64,000 nt of DNA from Macrostomum lignano (lineage: Eukaryota): NCBI GenBank assembly GCA_002269645.1, contig NIVC01001761.1, positions 62,001 through 126,000 on the forward strand, written 5' to 3'. Below the pieces are notes generated by a model, which was given only the letters and a program-made list of their open reading frames with translations, was not told where the DNA came from and did not search any database. Both the position numbers and the translations under genes were made by a program. Positions 1 through 13,800 of this stretch are shown piece after piece (position 1 is the first letter of the stretch; each line of letters opens with the position of its first letter).

Positions 1-1650
1 TGGATGTGGATGTGGATATGGATATGGTTATGGATGTGGATATGGATGTGGATGTGGATGTGGATGTGGATGTGGATATGGATGTGGATATGGATGTGGA
101 TGTGGATGTGGATGTGGATGTGGATATGGATGTGGATATGGATGTGGATGTGGATATGGATATGGTTATGGATGTGGATATGGATGTGGATATGGATATG
201 GATATGGTTATGGATGTGGATATGGATGTGGATGTGGATGTGGATATGGTTATGGATGTGGATATGGATGTGGATGTGGATGTGGATGTGGATATGGATG
301 TGGATGTGGATATGGATATGGTTATGGATGTGGATATGGATATGGATGTGGATATGGTTATGGATGTGGATGTGGATGTGGATGTGGATATGGATGTGGA
401 TGTGGATGTGGATGTGGATATGGATGTGGATGTGGATGTGGATGTGGATGTGGATATGGATGTGGATGTGGATGTGGATGTGGATGTGGATGTGGATATG
501 GATATGGATGTGGATATGGATGTGGATGTGGATATGGTTATGGATGTGGATATGGATGTGGATGTGGATGCGGATGTGGATGTGGATATGGATGTGGATA
601 TGGATGTGGATGTGGATATGGATATGGTTATGGATGTGGATATGGATGTGGATATGGATATGGATATGGTTATGGATGTGGATGTGGATGTGGATGTGGA
701 TGTGGATGTGGATGTGGATGTGGATGTGGATATGGATGTGGATGTGGATATGGATATGGTTATGGATGTGGATATGGATGTGGATATGGATATGGATATG
801 GTTATGGATGTGGATATGGATGTGGATGTGGATATGGATGTGGATATGGATGTGGATGTGGATGTGGATATGGTTATGGATGTGGATATGGATGTGGATA
901 TGGTTATGGATGTGGATGTGGTTATGGATGTGGATGTGGATGTGGATTTGGATATGGATGTGGATTTGGATTTGGATATGGTTATGGATGTGGATATGGA
1001 TGTGGATTTGGATGTGGATATGGATATCGATGTGGATGTGGATTTGGATATGGTTATGGATGTGGATGTGGATATGGATGTGGATATGGATGTGGATATG
1101 GATGTGGATATGGATGTGGATATGGATGTGGATATGGATGTGGATATGGTTATGGATGTGGATGTGGATGTGGATATGGATGTGGATATGGATGTGGATA
1201 TGGATGTGGATATGGATGTGGATATGGATGTGGATATGGTTATGGATGTGGATGTGGATGTGGATATGGATGTGGATATGGATGTGGATGTGGATGTGGA
1301 TATGGATGTGGATATGGATGTGGATGTGGATGTGGATATGGATGTGGATATGGATGTGGATGTGGATGTGGATATGGATGTGGATATGGATGTGGATGTG
1401 GATGTGGATATGGATGTGGATATGGATGTGGATATGGATGTGGATATATGTGGATATGGTTATGGATGTGGATGTGGATGTGGATATGGATGTGGATATG
1501 GATGTGGATGTGGATGTGGATATGGATGTGGATATGGATGTGGATGTGGATGTGGATATGGATGTGGATATGGATGTGGATATGGATGTGGATATGGATG
1601 TGGATATGGATGTGGATATGGATGTGGATGTGGATATGCGTGGATATGGA
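1..1650. repeat. Hexamer microsatellite (TGGATG/TGGATA with TGGTTA variants)
   Basis: Directly visible; source of the spurious MW/DV/HI ORFs. Confidence 0.98.
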
Positions 1651-1826
1651 CAAATCAGTAACAGTTGCAACAGTAATCTAAGTGATGCAGTGAGGCTATC
1701 GGTTGTCATGGCTGTGTTTGTTGCCTGCTGAAGACGTATGGAGCTGAGAAAACGAAATCAAAATCAAATCAAACCCATTGCAAAATTTCAGAACTCTCTC
1801 TGCTTGCTCTTGTCTGCTGGGATTAG

Positions 1827-2786
1827 ATTGAGCAGTGCTCCGGCAGCTGGAGTAAAATTGAGTTACAGCAGTGCCTGTCTGAGAATCTGGCAGTGCGGGC
1901 GGCCCAGACTCCGAAGGGCATCAGCGAGTGCCTCATCATGGTCGTCCGCCTCGACTACGTCCTGCAGGTGGTCCAGTTCGACTCGGACACTCGCCAGTGC
2001 TCGCTCTTCCAGTACACCGCAGTGTGCCACCTCATCGATGGACTCGCTGCTGCAGAGAGCTCGCAGCCCCGCCGCTGTGCCGCATTCGCCAATGACAGAG
2101 CCGCCAAGTTCCTCACCTTGAGCAGGAAGCTCATGCTGGGTGTGGGCTCGAAGCTGAGGGCCGCCTGGGTGATGAGCGACGATGCGGACGCCAGCAGGAG
2201 CAACTTGGTGTGCGGCCAGACGCAGCAGTGGATGTCGGAGAATGTGGAGTGGAGCAGCGAGGGAGCCAAGCTCGACGGAGTGTCGTCCAAGATGTGGCTG
2301 GAGAACGTGGAGCTCGCGAGCGTGCAGCAGGGACTCACGTGGCTGCTCAGGCTCAAGCGGGAGATCAGGGAAGCACCATTTCTGGAGAGCTACGACTGCA
2401 CCACCATGAGCACTGGAGCAGTTTTCTGGGACGGATATCCTAATACGCGGGGTCTGTACTTCTTTAGGAAAGCTCCAAACTATTCTGTGTTCATAACAGC
2501 TGCTTCAACAAACTCCTTTAACCCGGATGAATTTGTTGAGGTCGGCATCACTTCGGCGTCTCCGTCAATCCGCGACTTCTTCTCCAACTCCGGGTTCGTG
2601 CCGCAGTCGAATGTGACTCTAACCAGTAGCCATACTGAAACTGAGATTCCGACATGTCGCTGCATCCGCTTGGGATTTCGACATTCCGACTCGCGAATGC
2701 TGAACGGCACGGTGCAGGCGGTGGCCGTCATGAACGACACGATGACGGAGGCTGAGATCAGCAGCTTCTTCGATCTCGTGCGCTGA
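1827..2786 (+). CDS. Uncharacterised Cys-containing protein, copy 1 (putative PAN/apple-like N-terminus, ConA/LamG-like C-terminus); 5' exon not located
   Basis: Frame is open from 1827 (after TAG, possible acceptor) to 2786 with GC-rich codon usage. Cys spacing QQCLSENL..SECL..TRQCSLF resembles PAN/apple; C-terminal NGTVQAVAVMNDTMTEAEISSFF resembles the last strand-helix of LamG/pentraxin-like folds. Domain names are inference. A paralogue at 17446-18495 supports coding status. Confidence 0.65.
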   Translation: MEQCSGSWSKIELQQCLSENLAVRAAQTPKGISECLIMVVRLDYVLQVVQFDSDTRQCSLFQYTAVCHLIDGLAAAESSQPRRCAAFANDRAAKFLTLSRKLMLGVGSKLRAAWVMSDDADASRSNLVCGQTQQWMSENVEWSSEGAKLDGVSSKMWLENVELASVQQGLTWLLRLKREIREAPFLESYDCTTMSTGAVFWDGYPNTRGLYFFRKAPNYSVFITAASTNSFNPDEFVEVGITSASPSIRDFFSNSGFVPQSNVTLTSSHTETEIPTCRCIRLGFRHSDSRMLNGTVQAVAVMNDTMTEAEISSFFDLVR

Positions 2787-3611
2787 CTCTGAGACTGAAA
2801 TTAACAGGAAATCGTCAGTTTTTCTGCCTTTCTGAGGCCTGGTGGGCCTTCGTATTGAAGACTAAATTCTGAGAACTTCGTAGTGTGAGAATACGAAATA
2901 AATCAACTTGCTTTAACTTTTTGCCTGCGTTTCCTAGAAGCAAAAAATAGCAACAATATATCCAGACAAAATTTTCTGGAATTTTGATAGGATTTTTTTG
3001 TTTGCGAGCATTGGTTTGTCACTAAATACTCAGAATGAAAGACCTGATGGCTGTATAGACGATTTGCTAATGAGTATTTTAGATGGGAGAGAGATGGAGA
3101 GACATATGGGAGAGAGAGATGGTAGAGAGAGATGGGAGAGATCGTTATTGTTATTTCCTAGAAAAAATTTCGACTACACTACTCGCTTTTGGCCACTTGA
3201 CTCAGCTAGTCAATTGATATGCAACCTGCAACTCAAGCTAATTTATGTATTGGAGAATTTATCCCGAAAATGTTTTATTCTAAAATTTAACAACAAACGG
3301 CAAATTAAAACGTGTGCTAAAGTGCTAAATACAAATTGTGACGTGGATATCGTGTACTCGTATATCTTCGTAGTCAGTTAAAGTACATGTATTTATGTAA
3401 TGGTTTTATTCCTTGCCTTATTGGCAGTTATCGAACTGATATCATCGAACTATGACAAATATTTTGCTGAATAATTGTATCGCTTTTAATGTACGTTCGC
3501 TCTCTCTATGTACATCGTTGACTTGCATAAAATATAGCCAGCACTGCCTCACGGGGCGTCAGTTGATTTTTACTCTGCCAAATACCGCGCCTTACATTTA
3601 TTATGTAATTT

Positions 3612-5143
3612 TTAATTCAATCGTTTGAAAATGGACTTAGTATGAGCCTGACCGAAATGCGTCGCATAAAATCTGTCCCACTTGAATGCGTAATAAATGT
3701 ACAAAGGACCAACTTCAGGGCGTCGTTGAGCCGCCTGAAATCGCCCGAGGCCTTTGGCACAATGTGCAGCGGCGAGGACCACGGGCTGTTGGACCGGCGC
3801 ACGATGCCGAGCTGCTCCAGGAGCCGGAACTCCTCCTTGGCCACCGCCAGCTTGCCCAGGCGGCGAGGGCGGGCGTGGACCGGCGGACCCTGCATCGGGA
3901 TGTGGTGCTCCACCAGAATGAACGGCCAGGAGCACCGCCGGATGCCGAGGTCCAACGTGAGCTGGCGGGTGCCGAAGGTGTGGATGAGGCTGCCGTTGCA
4001 TGGCTGCGGGCCTGGTGCGTGCAGGCGGGTGTCGGAACCGGTGACGGGGAAAATGCTGACCTCGGCGCCGGTGTCGACCAGGAAGCGTCGGCCCGTCTGC
4101 ATATCCGGGATGAGGAGCAGGCTGCTGCTGTTGCCGGCCGTCGAGCTGTTCACTGACGGCCGGCCTGCCCGTTTCCCTGGAAGCTGCACGAGGGCTCGCA
4201 GCGCGCGGGCCTTCGCGCCGAAGCGACAGGCCGTAGTCCGGGCGGTGTTGCTGGGGCCGGCTCTGTCTGGCGCCCTTGCTGGCCGCAGAGACCGCCGGCT
4301 GGACTTGCTGGGCCGGCTCTACCGCCGGCTGCTGGACAGAGGCCGCCACCAGCTGCGGCTGGCTGGCCCAGAGCTTGTCTGCCTCCTGCACTGCTGCCCG
4401 GGGGTCCGCGAAACTGACGGTTGTCATGGCCAGGCGTACCTCCGGTGGCAGCTGTTGGCGGAACAGCTCCTCGAACAGCAGGCAGGGGCGGTGGTTCCCC
4501 AGCAGGGCGAGCATCTCGTCCATCAGCTCGGACGGCCGCCGGTCGCCGAGGCCGGACATGCTGAGCAGGCGGCTGGCCCGCTGCTGAGGAGTCAAATCGA
4601 AAGTGCTGTTGAGGCGCTCCTTTAGCTGAGCGTACTTGTTCGCCTCCGGAGGAGCCTCGAGCACATTGAGCAGGCGCTCTGCTGTCTGCTGGCCAAGAGC
4701 TGCGAACAGATGGGCTCTTGGTCTCGTCCTGAGTGATGCCTCTCAGGGTGAACTGAGCTTCGGCCTGGATGAACCAGGCTCGAGGCTGGGCCGCCCAAAA
4801 CGTGGGCAGCTTCAGGGACACAGCAGAGTCGGTTTGTGGGGCCATTGCACGAAATGGCTGCGTAGGGCTCACCAATGAAGCGGCTTGCGAGTGGTAACTA
4901 GTATAGCAAGCGAGAAAAAAGATCTTGTGATATTTGTTCAGCATAGGTTTTTATACTTAACGAGAGTAGGGAGGTGTGAGTCAGATCGAACTGGCTGGCT
5001 GGGCAAAACTCCCTAGTCGCCAGGCGTGCAGGGGCCTGTGTACAGGCGGCCCCGCTCTCAGCCGTGCACCGGTCCGGCCTCCACAATGCCCTCGTTTTTG
5101 TCAGCATCGTTTCGAAAAAATATCTCGAAACCGAGACACCCAC
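3612..5143 (-). mobile_element. Degenerate Ty3/Gypsy LTR retrotransposon (gag, protease, start of RT)
   Basis: Gag KLPTFWAAQPRAWFIQAEAQF..LEAPPEANKYAQLKERL; protease FLVDTGAEVSIFP; RT start LEQLGIVRRSNSPWSSPLHIVPK..DFRRLN; frameshifted and truncated. Possible 5' LTR about 5143-4891 (starts TGTGG) and PBS-like TGGTGAGCCCTACG at 4874-4861 are tentative. Confidence 0.85.
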
Positions 5144-6847
5144 AGATACTATATAACATATAGCTGAATAGTATATAACAGATTATATAGTATTTATAGC
5201 TCGTACTACCAAATCATTGTGCTACTCGGTTGAAATTTTAAACGACGCGACACCTCCGTTCATCCGCTTCGCGCTGGTGGAATTTGTTTTGTAGCGAGCG
5301 CTGCTACGGGCTTTCCTCTAAAATTTTTGAGGCCCGCTGCCCTGTTGTCCAGCCACTTCGGTATTATCCTGAGTGGCGGCAGGTTTGTTTGATTGAGAGG
5401 CACCGGTGCTGCAGATGTCTGGTTGAGCAGCCAAGACAGAATCCCGCTTGGCAGCTCAACCGCTGCCGGAGCCCAGTCAGTCCAGCAGCCCTAGAGCTGC
5501 CTTGAACACATGCGGGACGTGAACCCCTGGGTCGGCTTGTGAGTCAGCTTGGAGAGAGTTCTGTCATTCCTGCACCAGAATAGAGGGGGTGCAAGTGTGT
5601 AGGATAGCAGACCTTGGCTCGTAAGCCTGTGTAGTCTCATGCTACACAGGCGTGCCGAGCTCACCAATCGCTCAGTGGATCAAATCAGGGACATGGGGGT
5701 TTCGTGTGAACTTCCGACTTTTCACCGCATCCGCTGACCGACTTGAGTCATTCTCTACATCGGGTCTTACGGCTGAGATAGAGATTCTGTTAAAGTAGCT
5801 CATAGCGACTCACAACAGCAGCCAGACTAGATGAGCCGTCTGCATGTTCTTATACCAAATTTTAGCTTAGATTGACACCAACAGTCTAAATTAAATAAAT
5901 TAGAAATGTTACTGGGCACACAAATTTAGCCAAAAAACTCCAAACAGACGCCCAGGTTGCAAGTAGCTTAATAATCGGATTTTGTTGGGTTTGTCAAGAA
6001 AAGGCTTCCAAAATGTTTTGTTAGAGAGCAGCAGTGTTCAAATTTCAGTTTCGTTTTTTAAATTGATTTGTGCAGATTTGCTTTTTGTAGTTGTCCCATA
6101 GACAAATTTGCTTGGCAAAATTCCGTCAGGAAAAAGTACACAAGAGAGACAGGAAGAGCAGAAATTTCACTGGAACTTTTCGCCTGCAGTTCGGGAAAAA
6201 ACCTGCTTACCAAACATCTGAGCGCAAATCGAAAGAGTACAAAGCAGTAAAAAGCAAGACTTTTCACCTGCTCATCTTTCCCTGAGATAATGACTAAGCC
6301 AGCAAAATACGCTCGGGTCTTCAGACCCTCCTGAATCCAAGTTCTCCGCTGAATGCCTCAAGTGGCTGGGGACGCCTTCACTGCGTCTCACCTTGGCAAC
6401 GGCGGATGCTGGGAGAAACTGATGAGGCACAATTTATGTGGCGGACTTATTCAAACCCCTAATTTTGGGCCGCTGGTAGCCGTGCAGCACTGAGCGCGTG
6501 AAAGAGAATGAGTTCCCAGCTGCATCGAGACGTGCGCATACAATGGCTCCAAATCCTATTGTGAGACTCAGCAACAGTTCTGGGAGATGGAGAGCATTGG
6601 TTCTGCCAGCTGCCTGCTGAATAATTCACCGCTCTGTCTTTTAGTCAGGTGGAGTTGCGCACTGCTGGCCTGCCCGCAAGTGGTTTATCTGAACTGACTG
6701 AGGCTGAAGAGTTTTAATACTTGGAAACTTGTTTTACGAGTACACTGTGACTAGCAGTTTTGGATGTTAGTGTTCAGGATAGCGAATACCTCTATCATTA
6801 ATTTCATTGAGGGGTGAATTCACGACTCTGAATGTTTCTAACTTTTG

Positions 6848-6996
6848 GTCTAATCTCAGCCTAACAATGGTCCAATCTCAACCTGACAAAATCTCAACCT
6901 AACAATGGTTTAATCTTAACCTGAAAATGGCCCAATCTCAACCTGACAATGGTCCAATCTCAACCTAACAATGGTCCAATCTCAATCTGACAATGA
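6848..6996. repeat. About 22-bp minisatellite CCAATCTCAACCTAACAATGGT
   Basis: About 7 degenerate copies visible. Confidence 0.8.
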
Positions 6997-7393
6997 CACC
7001 AGCACAAGAGGGCCAATGCACAAGCGCGCACTTTAGGAAATTTTGCTTCTCCCGGAATCTTCATCGTGTTACGCTTCTTCAACAAACCTAATTATAGCAT
7101 CAGTATAGAAGAATTCCCAATTAAAGAGCGTAACTCAAATGTTTGCCCCGCCTGTCATTCCCACATCTCTCGTTGAAGACGGTGAATGTTGGGGAAACTG
7201 TGACAGAATTTATGATGCATCAATTAGAGCTTGTCACTCTCTGCATACATGCAGGTTCCACCTGCTATTGAACCGTAAACTGTTCATGAGATGGAGCGCC
7301 TTGCTTATCTTCCAGCTGCCAGACTGAATAACTGGAACTGGCTTCATTCAAAATTCTTACAGCAATTGTCTATTGCATCGATTGCATCACATT

Positions 7394-8362
7394 TAGAGCT
7401 GACAGTGTTAGGTGTTACATGCACAGCTGACAGTGTTACATGCACAGCTGACAGTGTTACATGCACAGCTGACAGTGATACATGCACAGCTGACAGTGGT
7501 ACATGCACAGCTGACAGTGTTACATGCACAGCTGACAGTGTTACATGCACAACTGACAGTGATACATGCACAGCTGACAGTGGTACATGCACAGCTGACA
7601 GTGTTACATGCACAACTGACAGTGTTACATGCACAGCTGACAGTGTTACATGCACAGCTGACAGTGGTACATGCACAGCTGACAGTGTTACATGCACAGC
7701 TGACAGTGATACATGCACAACTGACAGTGATACATGCACAGCTGACAGTGGTACATGCACAGCTGACAGTGTTACATGCACAACTGACAGTGTTACATGC
7801 ACAGCTGACAGTGTTACATGCACAGCTGACAGTGTTACATGCACAGCTGACAGTGTTACATGCACAGCTGACAGTGATACATGCACAGCTGACAGTGTTA
7901 CATGCACAACTGACAGTGATACATGCACAGCTGACAGTGGTACATGCACAGCTGACAGTGTTACATGCACAACTGACAGTGTTACATGCACAGCTGACAG
8001 TGTTACATGCACAGCTGACAGTGTTACATGCACAGCTGACAGTGATACATGCACAGCTGACAGTGTTACATGCACAACTGACAGTGATACATGCACAGCT
8101 GACAGTGGTACATGCACAGCTGACAGTGTTACATGCACAACTGACAGTGTTACATGCACAGCTGACAGTGTTACATGCACAGCTGACAGTGTTACATGCA
8201 CAGCTGACAGTGTTACATGCACAGCTGACAGTGTTACATGCACAGCTGACAGTGTTACATGCACAGCTGACAGTGGTACATGCACAGCTGACAGTGTTAC
8301 ATGCACAGCTGACAGTGGTACATGCACAGCTGACAGTGTTACATGCACAGCTGACAGTGTTA
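7394..8362. repeat. 21-bp minisatellite GCTGACAGTGTTACATGCACA
   Basis: Tandem array, stop-free in several frames; abuts the 3' end of pseudogene copy 3. Confidence 0.97.
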
Positions 8363-8369
8363 CGATTCT

Positions 8370-8790
8370 CTAGCGCACCGGCCGAAGAAGCTGTTGATCT
8401 CAGCGGCAGTCATTGTGTTGTTCATGATGGCCAAAAAGTGCACGGTATCCTCAAGCATTCGCGAGTCACCACTTCGAATCATTCGATGAGTCGCCCAGTC
8501 TGTGATGCAGAGGGCGTCAGGAATCGATGCTCGAGTTTGGAATACCGTAGGAACACCTGCTCTGGCGGCACGAGCACCGATTTTGAGAAAAACTCTCGGC
8601 TGTCGACAGACGCCGACGTGACGCCCATTTCAACAAACTCCGTCGAGTCAAACGTCACGGCTGCCGGCACATTGTTAAAAATCGAAAAATGCAAGGCTCC
8701 TCGATAAAATTTGAAAGTTGGCTGTCCGATCCAAAAACCCGCAAGCACATTATCAGAACCACACAGGTGCGTCTCGAGCAGCGTTGACTA
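8370..8790 (-). pseudogene. Third copy of the same family, C-terminal domain only, frameshifted
   Basis: LLETHLCGSDNVLAGFW..STEFVEMGVTSASVDSREFFS.. then, after an insertion of about 13 nt near 8480-8495, IRSGDSRMLEDTVHFLAIMNNTMTAAEINSFF, homologous to copies 1 and 2. The 5' part is replaced by Gypsy pol sequence. Confidence 0.7.
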
Positions 8791-8979
8791 TTTAGCCTAC
8801 CGCTCTTAATGTATAAATGTACATCTCGCTCTCAATGTACGAGTACATTGACGCTAATACACGTGATGCCGTCAGCTATTGATTTTGGAGCTATGGGGGT
8901 GCATGTACATAGCCCTTCTATTTATCTTACTATGCCTACGCGTGCACTCACCATGCACTTCTCACGCATGCACGTTGCT

Positions 8980-10863
8980 CAATATGCTCAAATCGGGTGC
9001 GGCATCAGCTGCGCCAACATCAAGCTTAAGGCAGAGGCAAACCCAGTCTGCCAACCGCCATCCCGCGTTCCTGTTCACCTGAGAGCTCATCAAAGAACTC
9101 AAAGAGCAACTCGCCCAAGGCATCGTCGAACGTGTGAGTGGTCCAACCGAATGGTGCTCCAGGCAGTTCCAAAGGCTGAGAAGGGAGAAGTCCGAATCAC
9201 ACAAGGCCTCCGTGAAGTAAAAGAGTACGCTATCCCAGAGAAGCAGCCGATCCCCACGTTCGAGGAATCTGACGAGATGGCAGGGTCGGTTTACTTTTCG
9301 GAGCTGGACGTCACCAAAGCTTTTCATCAGATCGAAGTCGCAGAAGAGTCACGGGCCGTGCTAACGTTCGCCACACCGATCGGTCTACTAAGATTACGCC
9401 GTCTCTGCATGGGCTTTACATCAGCTTCTGAAATTTTGCAGCGAGTGATGACCTCCGTCCTCAGTGGCCTCCAAGACGTACGCTGGGTGCACGATGACAT
9501 TCTATAGTATATGCTAGGGACATCAAGGAACACAACCAGCGCCTAAGAGACTGCCTGGCCCGACTGAAAGAGCACAACATCACTCTGAACCCCAAAAAGA
9601 GTTGCTTTGCTCAGCGCGAGGTGGACTTCCTCGCTATGCGACTTTCAGCAGTTGGCATCCACCCAAGCCAGGAGAAAGTGGAAGCCGTCAACAACAGCGA
9701 CCGCGACCAATCCAACAGAAGTGCGATCGTTCCTCGGCCTGGTCACTTTTGTGGCCCGCTTCATCAGCAACCTATCAGACAGAGCCAGGCCGATGCGAGA
9801 TCTGACGTGGCAAGCCACTGAGTGGACTTGGGGCGAACAGCAAGAAGCCTCGTTCAACGACATTAAGCTAACCATCGCTTAGCAGCCAGGCGCTGGCATT
9901 CTTCGACAGCAAACTGCAGACCCAGCTGATCGTGGATGCCAGCCCAACTGGGGTCGGCGCCATCCTAGCTCAAGTCCAGCGTGACGGGTCGACGCGGCCA
10001 GTGGCCTACGCCAGTCGCAGCCTGAGCGCCACGGAGCAGCGTTATTCCCAGACTGAACGAGAAGCCCTAGCGGTGAAATACGGCGGCCTAAAGTTCCATC
10101 ATTACCTGAGCGGCGGCGAGTCGTTCAAAGTCATCACCGACTACAAGCCACTGGTGTCTCTATTCAGCCCGGGATCTCGGCCGCCGCCTCGCATTGAGCG
10201 TATGGCTCTTCGCCTTCAGGATCTGGTCTTCCAGATGGTTACCAGCCGGGAGCAAACAACCCATCCGATGTACTGAGCCGCCAGCTTGCCGATGCCGCTA
10301 AACAACGTCGCGGAGCATGCGGACGCCGTCTACATGGCATCGGCGGTGGAAGCGGCAACCCCAGTGTCCATTAGCTTAGCAACCAAGACGCCATCACCCA
10401 AGCAGCAATCCACGCCATCCGATGCCACCGCTGGGACAAAGGCAACCCGGACCTCAAGGGGCTGCCCCGCGTGGCTCACGAGCTGTCGGAGACAGATGGT
10501 CTGCTTCTGCACAGCAGCCAGCTGTACATGCCCTCGGCGCTGCGATACCGGTGGCAGGGCATGAGAAAGACTCTGGAGCGCCTGCAAACGAAGGTCTGGT
10601 GGCCAGGCATGAAGACATCGGTAGAGGCGCACGTGGCCTCCTGCAGAAGCTGTCAAGTTTGCACCAGCGCAAGTACACCTGGAGCTACGCCTCTCCCTGA
10701 AACCGACTGAACTTCCATACAGGCCCTGGCTCGAACTCGGGATGGACTTCCTGGGGCCTGTGAACGGCAAGTCACTGCTAGTGTGCACCGACCATTTCTC
10801 AGGGTTCCCAGTGGTGGAGATCATGTCCAGCACCACCGCCTCCACCGTCATCCGGGTACTCCG
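8980..10863 (+). mobile_element. Degenerate Ty3/Gypsy pol fragment (RT, RNase H, integrase start)
   Basis: RT YFSELDVTKAFHQI..FATPIGL..LCMG..VHDDIL; RNase H DASPTGVGAILAQ..PVAYASRSLSATEQRYSQTEREALA; integrase zinc finger LQTKVWWPGM..VASCRSCQ and core GMDFLGP..DHFSRFP. Many stops and frameshifts; ends abruptly at the BEL LTR. Confidence 0.9.
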
Positions 10864-13800
10864 TGTCGCGAAATTCTGTTTCACAATATTTTGCCCTTAG
10901 AATATTTCACACTCTCGCCCTCAGGTTTGCCTAGCCTTGTTTAATTTTCTCCCTCTCTCTCTGTTTGTACTTTGTTAGCGTTTTCTCTATTCCACTATTT
11001 ATCGATCGGCTAGCCACCCCCCCCCCTAAATCGGTTTCTTATCTATTCCACCCCTCCCTTTATTATTCTCGACTCAACCCCCCTACGTTAGTTTTATAAA
11101 TAATATACGCTGCATGAAGGGCTGGCTCTCAAGCTTGGGACCTCCTTTCCTTTTCTATTGAATTCAAAATCAGCAGTAATTCAATCGTTAGTTTTTCTAC
11201 ATGGCGCCCGACTAAATTGAACCCAAGTTAGATTCTGCTACCTTCGATATTCACCTCGTTCACTACACTGCTTGGGACGCTTCGTTCGACTCGTTTATCG
11301 TCTCGTCTCGTCTCGATTTCGTTTAATCTCGTCTGCTTTGTGTGCTCGTCTTCGTCGTCTTTGCTTCTCGTCGTGCTCAAGGCTTCACATTCTGTGTTCA
11401 CTCAGGATTCAGGACTCAGGACGGACGGACAGGACAGCTGCCTGAAGAAGTCGATTCGTCTACGAGCTAAGTTTTCATTTGGACTGTTTCCGTTCGCTGT
11501 TTGATTTTCCACTCATTTATACTCCTTTCTGTTCATCGCGTGTTGCTTAGTTTCACTGCTTTTGCTAAAACTCGCATAGTCGTAAATTTTCACTCTGCAT
11601 TGTTTACATTTCATAATACAATAACATTTCGCTTGCTTTGGGTGTGCACTGAGGTAAGTTGTGGATCCTATTGCGCTCCTCTCTGAACTCTCTCACTGCT
11701 GGTTGGTTGCTGCTCGTTGCTGCTCGAGGTCGTTATGTCTGCTGAGGTCAAGAAGAGAGCTCTGATTAGAGCGGCGGTCACTCGGACTATCGCAAAGGCA
11801 GACAAGCTTTTGTCGCTTACTTGGTGGAATTCCGAGGCCATTGCTGATGCAGAGGCGTGCTTAGAGGTTCTCAAGGAGAAGCTGGAGGCGTTAAAAGGTG
11901 CAGATGAGGTGATTCAGGAAGATATATCTGAAGATAAGATGGAATCTGAGTTGGCAGAGAGCTATGACTATTCGTTTCGCTGCCGCAAGTACATCAAATT
12001 GCTGGAAAATTCCCACAGTTCAAATGTATCGCACCAACAGCCTTCAGGCTCTGCTCACCCTCAGGTGAAGCTACCTAAGTGTCAGCTACCGGCCTTTGAT
12101 GGGACAGTTACGGGTTGGCAGACCTTTAGGGATCAGTTTTCGTCATCTGTGGATTCAAATTCATCGCTCGCTGATATTGACAAATTCAATTACTTGCTCG
12201 CTTCTCTCTCCGACTCTGCCAAGGCTGGCATTCGGGGTCTGGCAGTGAATGGCGCGAATTACGCGGCTGCGATCACAATTCTGCGAAATCGGTTTGGCAA
12301 GCCAGACCTGATAGTCAGAGACCTCATGCACCAGCTGTCAGAGTTCAGGCTAAGTGACACTCGCTTTCAAGCCTTCAACGGTTTCATGACGATGTGTCTG
12401 CTGCCGTGCGCAGCCTTGAAGCTCAAAATGTGCAAGCTGCCTCGTATGAGACATTGTTGCTGCCGAACCTACTCAAGCGGTGCCCAGATTAATTTAGGTT
12501 GGACATGCTCAAGTCAGCCGCTTATTCAGGATCACAGTGCGATTCAGTTAAGGACTTTTCACATCTCTTAAGCCAGGAAATTGAGGTTCGTGAGAAGGCT
12601 GTTTTGATTGGCAAGAAGACTGGACACAATCGCGAGCGGTCTGGAGGCTCACCGAAGCCTTCACTTTCAACTCTGACGTTCAATCTAGCTCGAAGAGCAC
12701 ACCAAGGGAACATGGCAAAGTCTTCTGCACTTACTGCAAGGCTGGACACAAGTCTGAAGATTGTCTTCAATTTGCAACAGCGGCTAGACGTCGCGAGTTT
12801 TTGCACCAGGAAAACCGTTGCTTTCGGTGCTTGCGCACAGGTCATGGTGCTCGCATGTGCAGTGCTCCGCGGCAGTGCAGATTCTGTGAAGGCGCACATC
12901 ACGTGAGCATTTGCAACAAGGTTCCAGCTAAAACTGTCATCACTAGGCCTGTTGGTCTAGCTAAGTCTAATAAACCTGCCGGAAAGCAACTTGGAAGACA
13001 GGCAAGGTCAAATAATCAGTGCTTACCTACGACTGCAGTTTCCACTGAGTCCTCACCACCCGATCATTCGGCTCAAGCCCAACCTGAGGATTCGAACATG
13101 CGGTCCAATGCTGGCAGCTCATTCACCGTCTGTGCTACTCATGACGAGCCGGCACCGGTCGCTTCACCGAATCACGTCTCTGATCATTTTTCTTCGGCCA
13201 TGTTCCTTAACAGCAATCCTTCCGTGGCCCTTCCTGTTGCCAAAGCTATACTGTTGAGTGCTGATGGTCAGCGAGAGCTCCTGATTAGGGTGTTGCTCGA
13301 TACAGCTAGCAACAGATCCTACATCAGAAAGGATGTATGCGATCTCTTAGGCATCACGGCAACTAGGAGTGAGCCATTGACTGTGTCGACATTCACTGGT
13401 CTCACTACAACAATCGAATCCGGTACTGTCACTTTCTCAATCAGGAAAATAGATTCGCGTCAAGTTTTGAACATCCGTGCTAATATGGTCAGTGATATCT
13501 GTCAGCCTCAGCGCTCAGTCTTAGTGAACCAGTTTCCTCATCTGCGCAATTTAGACTTAGCAGATCCGCATGACCCACGCGATGAGAGCACGCCAATTTC
13601 TGTGCTGATCGGGGCCGATCAATATTATGATATCGTCGGCGGAGAAGTGGTTCGTGGATCATCTGGACCGTCAGCTGTATCGTCGAAGTTAGGTTTCGTC
13701 CTTTGCGGGCCAGTCAAGTTTCCTGGGGACTCAGGCAGTCCCTCGAACAATTCAGCAGCTGATGGACCGAGTGAAGCTTCTCAAATTCTCTGCTGTACAG

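Noticed and set aside
4-1731. Long ORFs MWMW.., MDVD.., HIHI..
   Set aside because: Stop-free translations of a hexamer microsatellite; no coding evidence.
7291-8707. ORFs with (ADSVTCT)n, (HAQLTVL)n; superficially like antifreeze or beta-solenoid proteins
   Set aside because: Open in several frames and both strands because the 21-bp unit lacks stops; variation does not favour third positions in any obvious way; no start or splice context.
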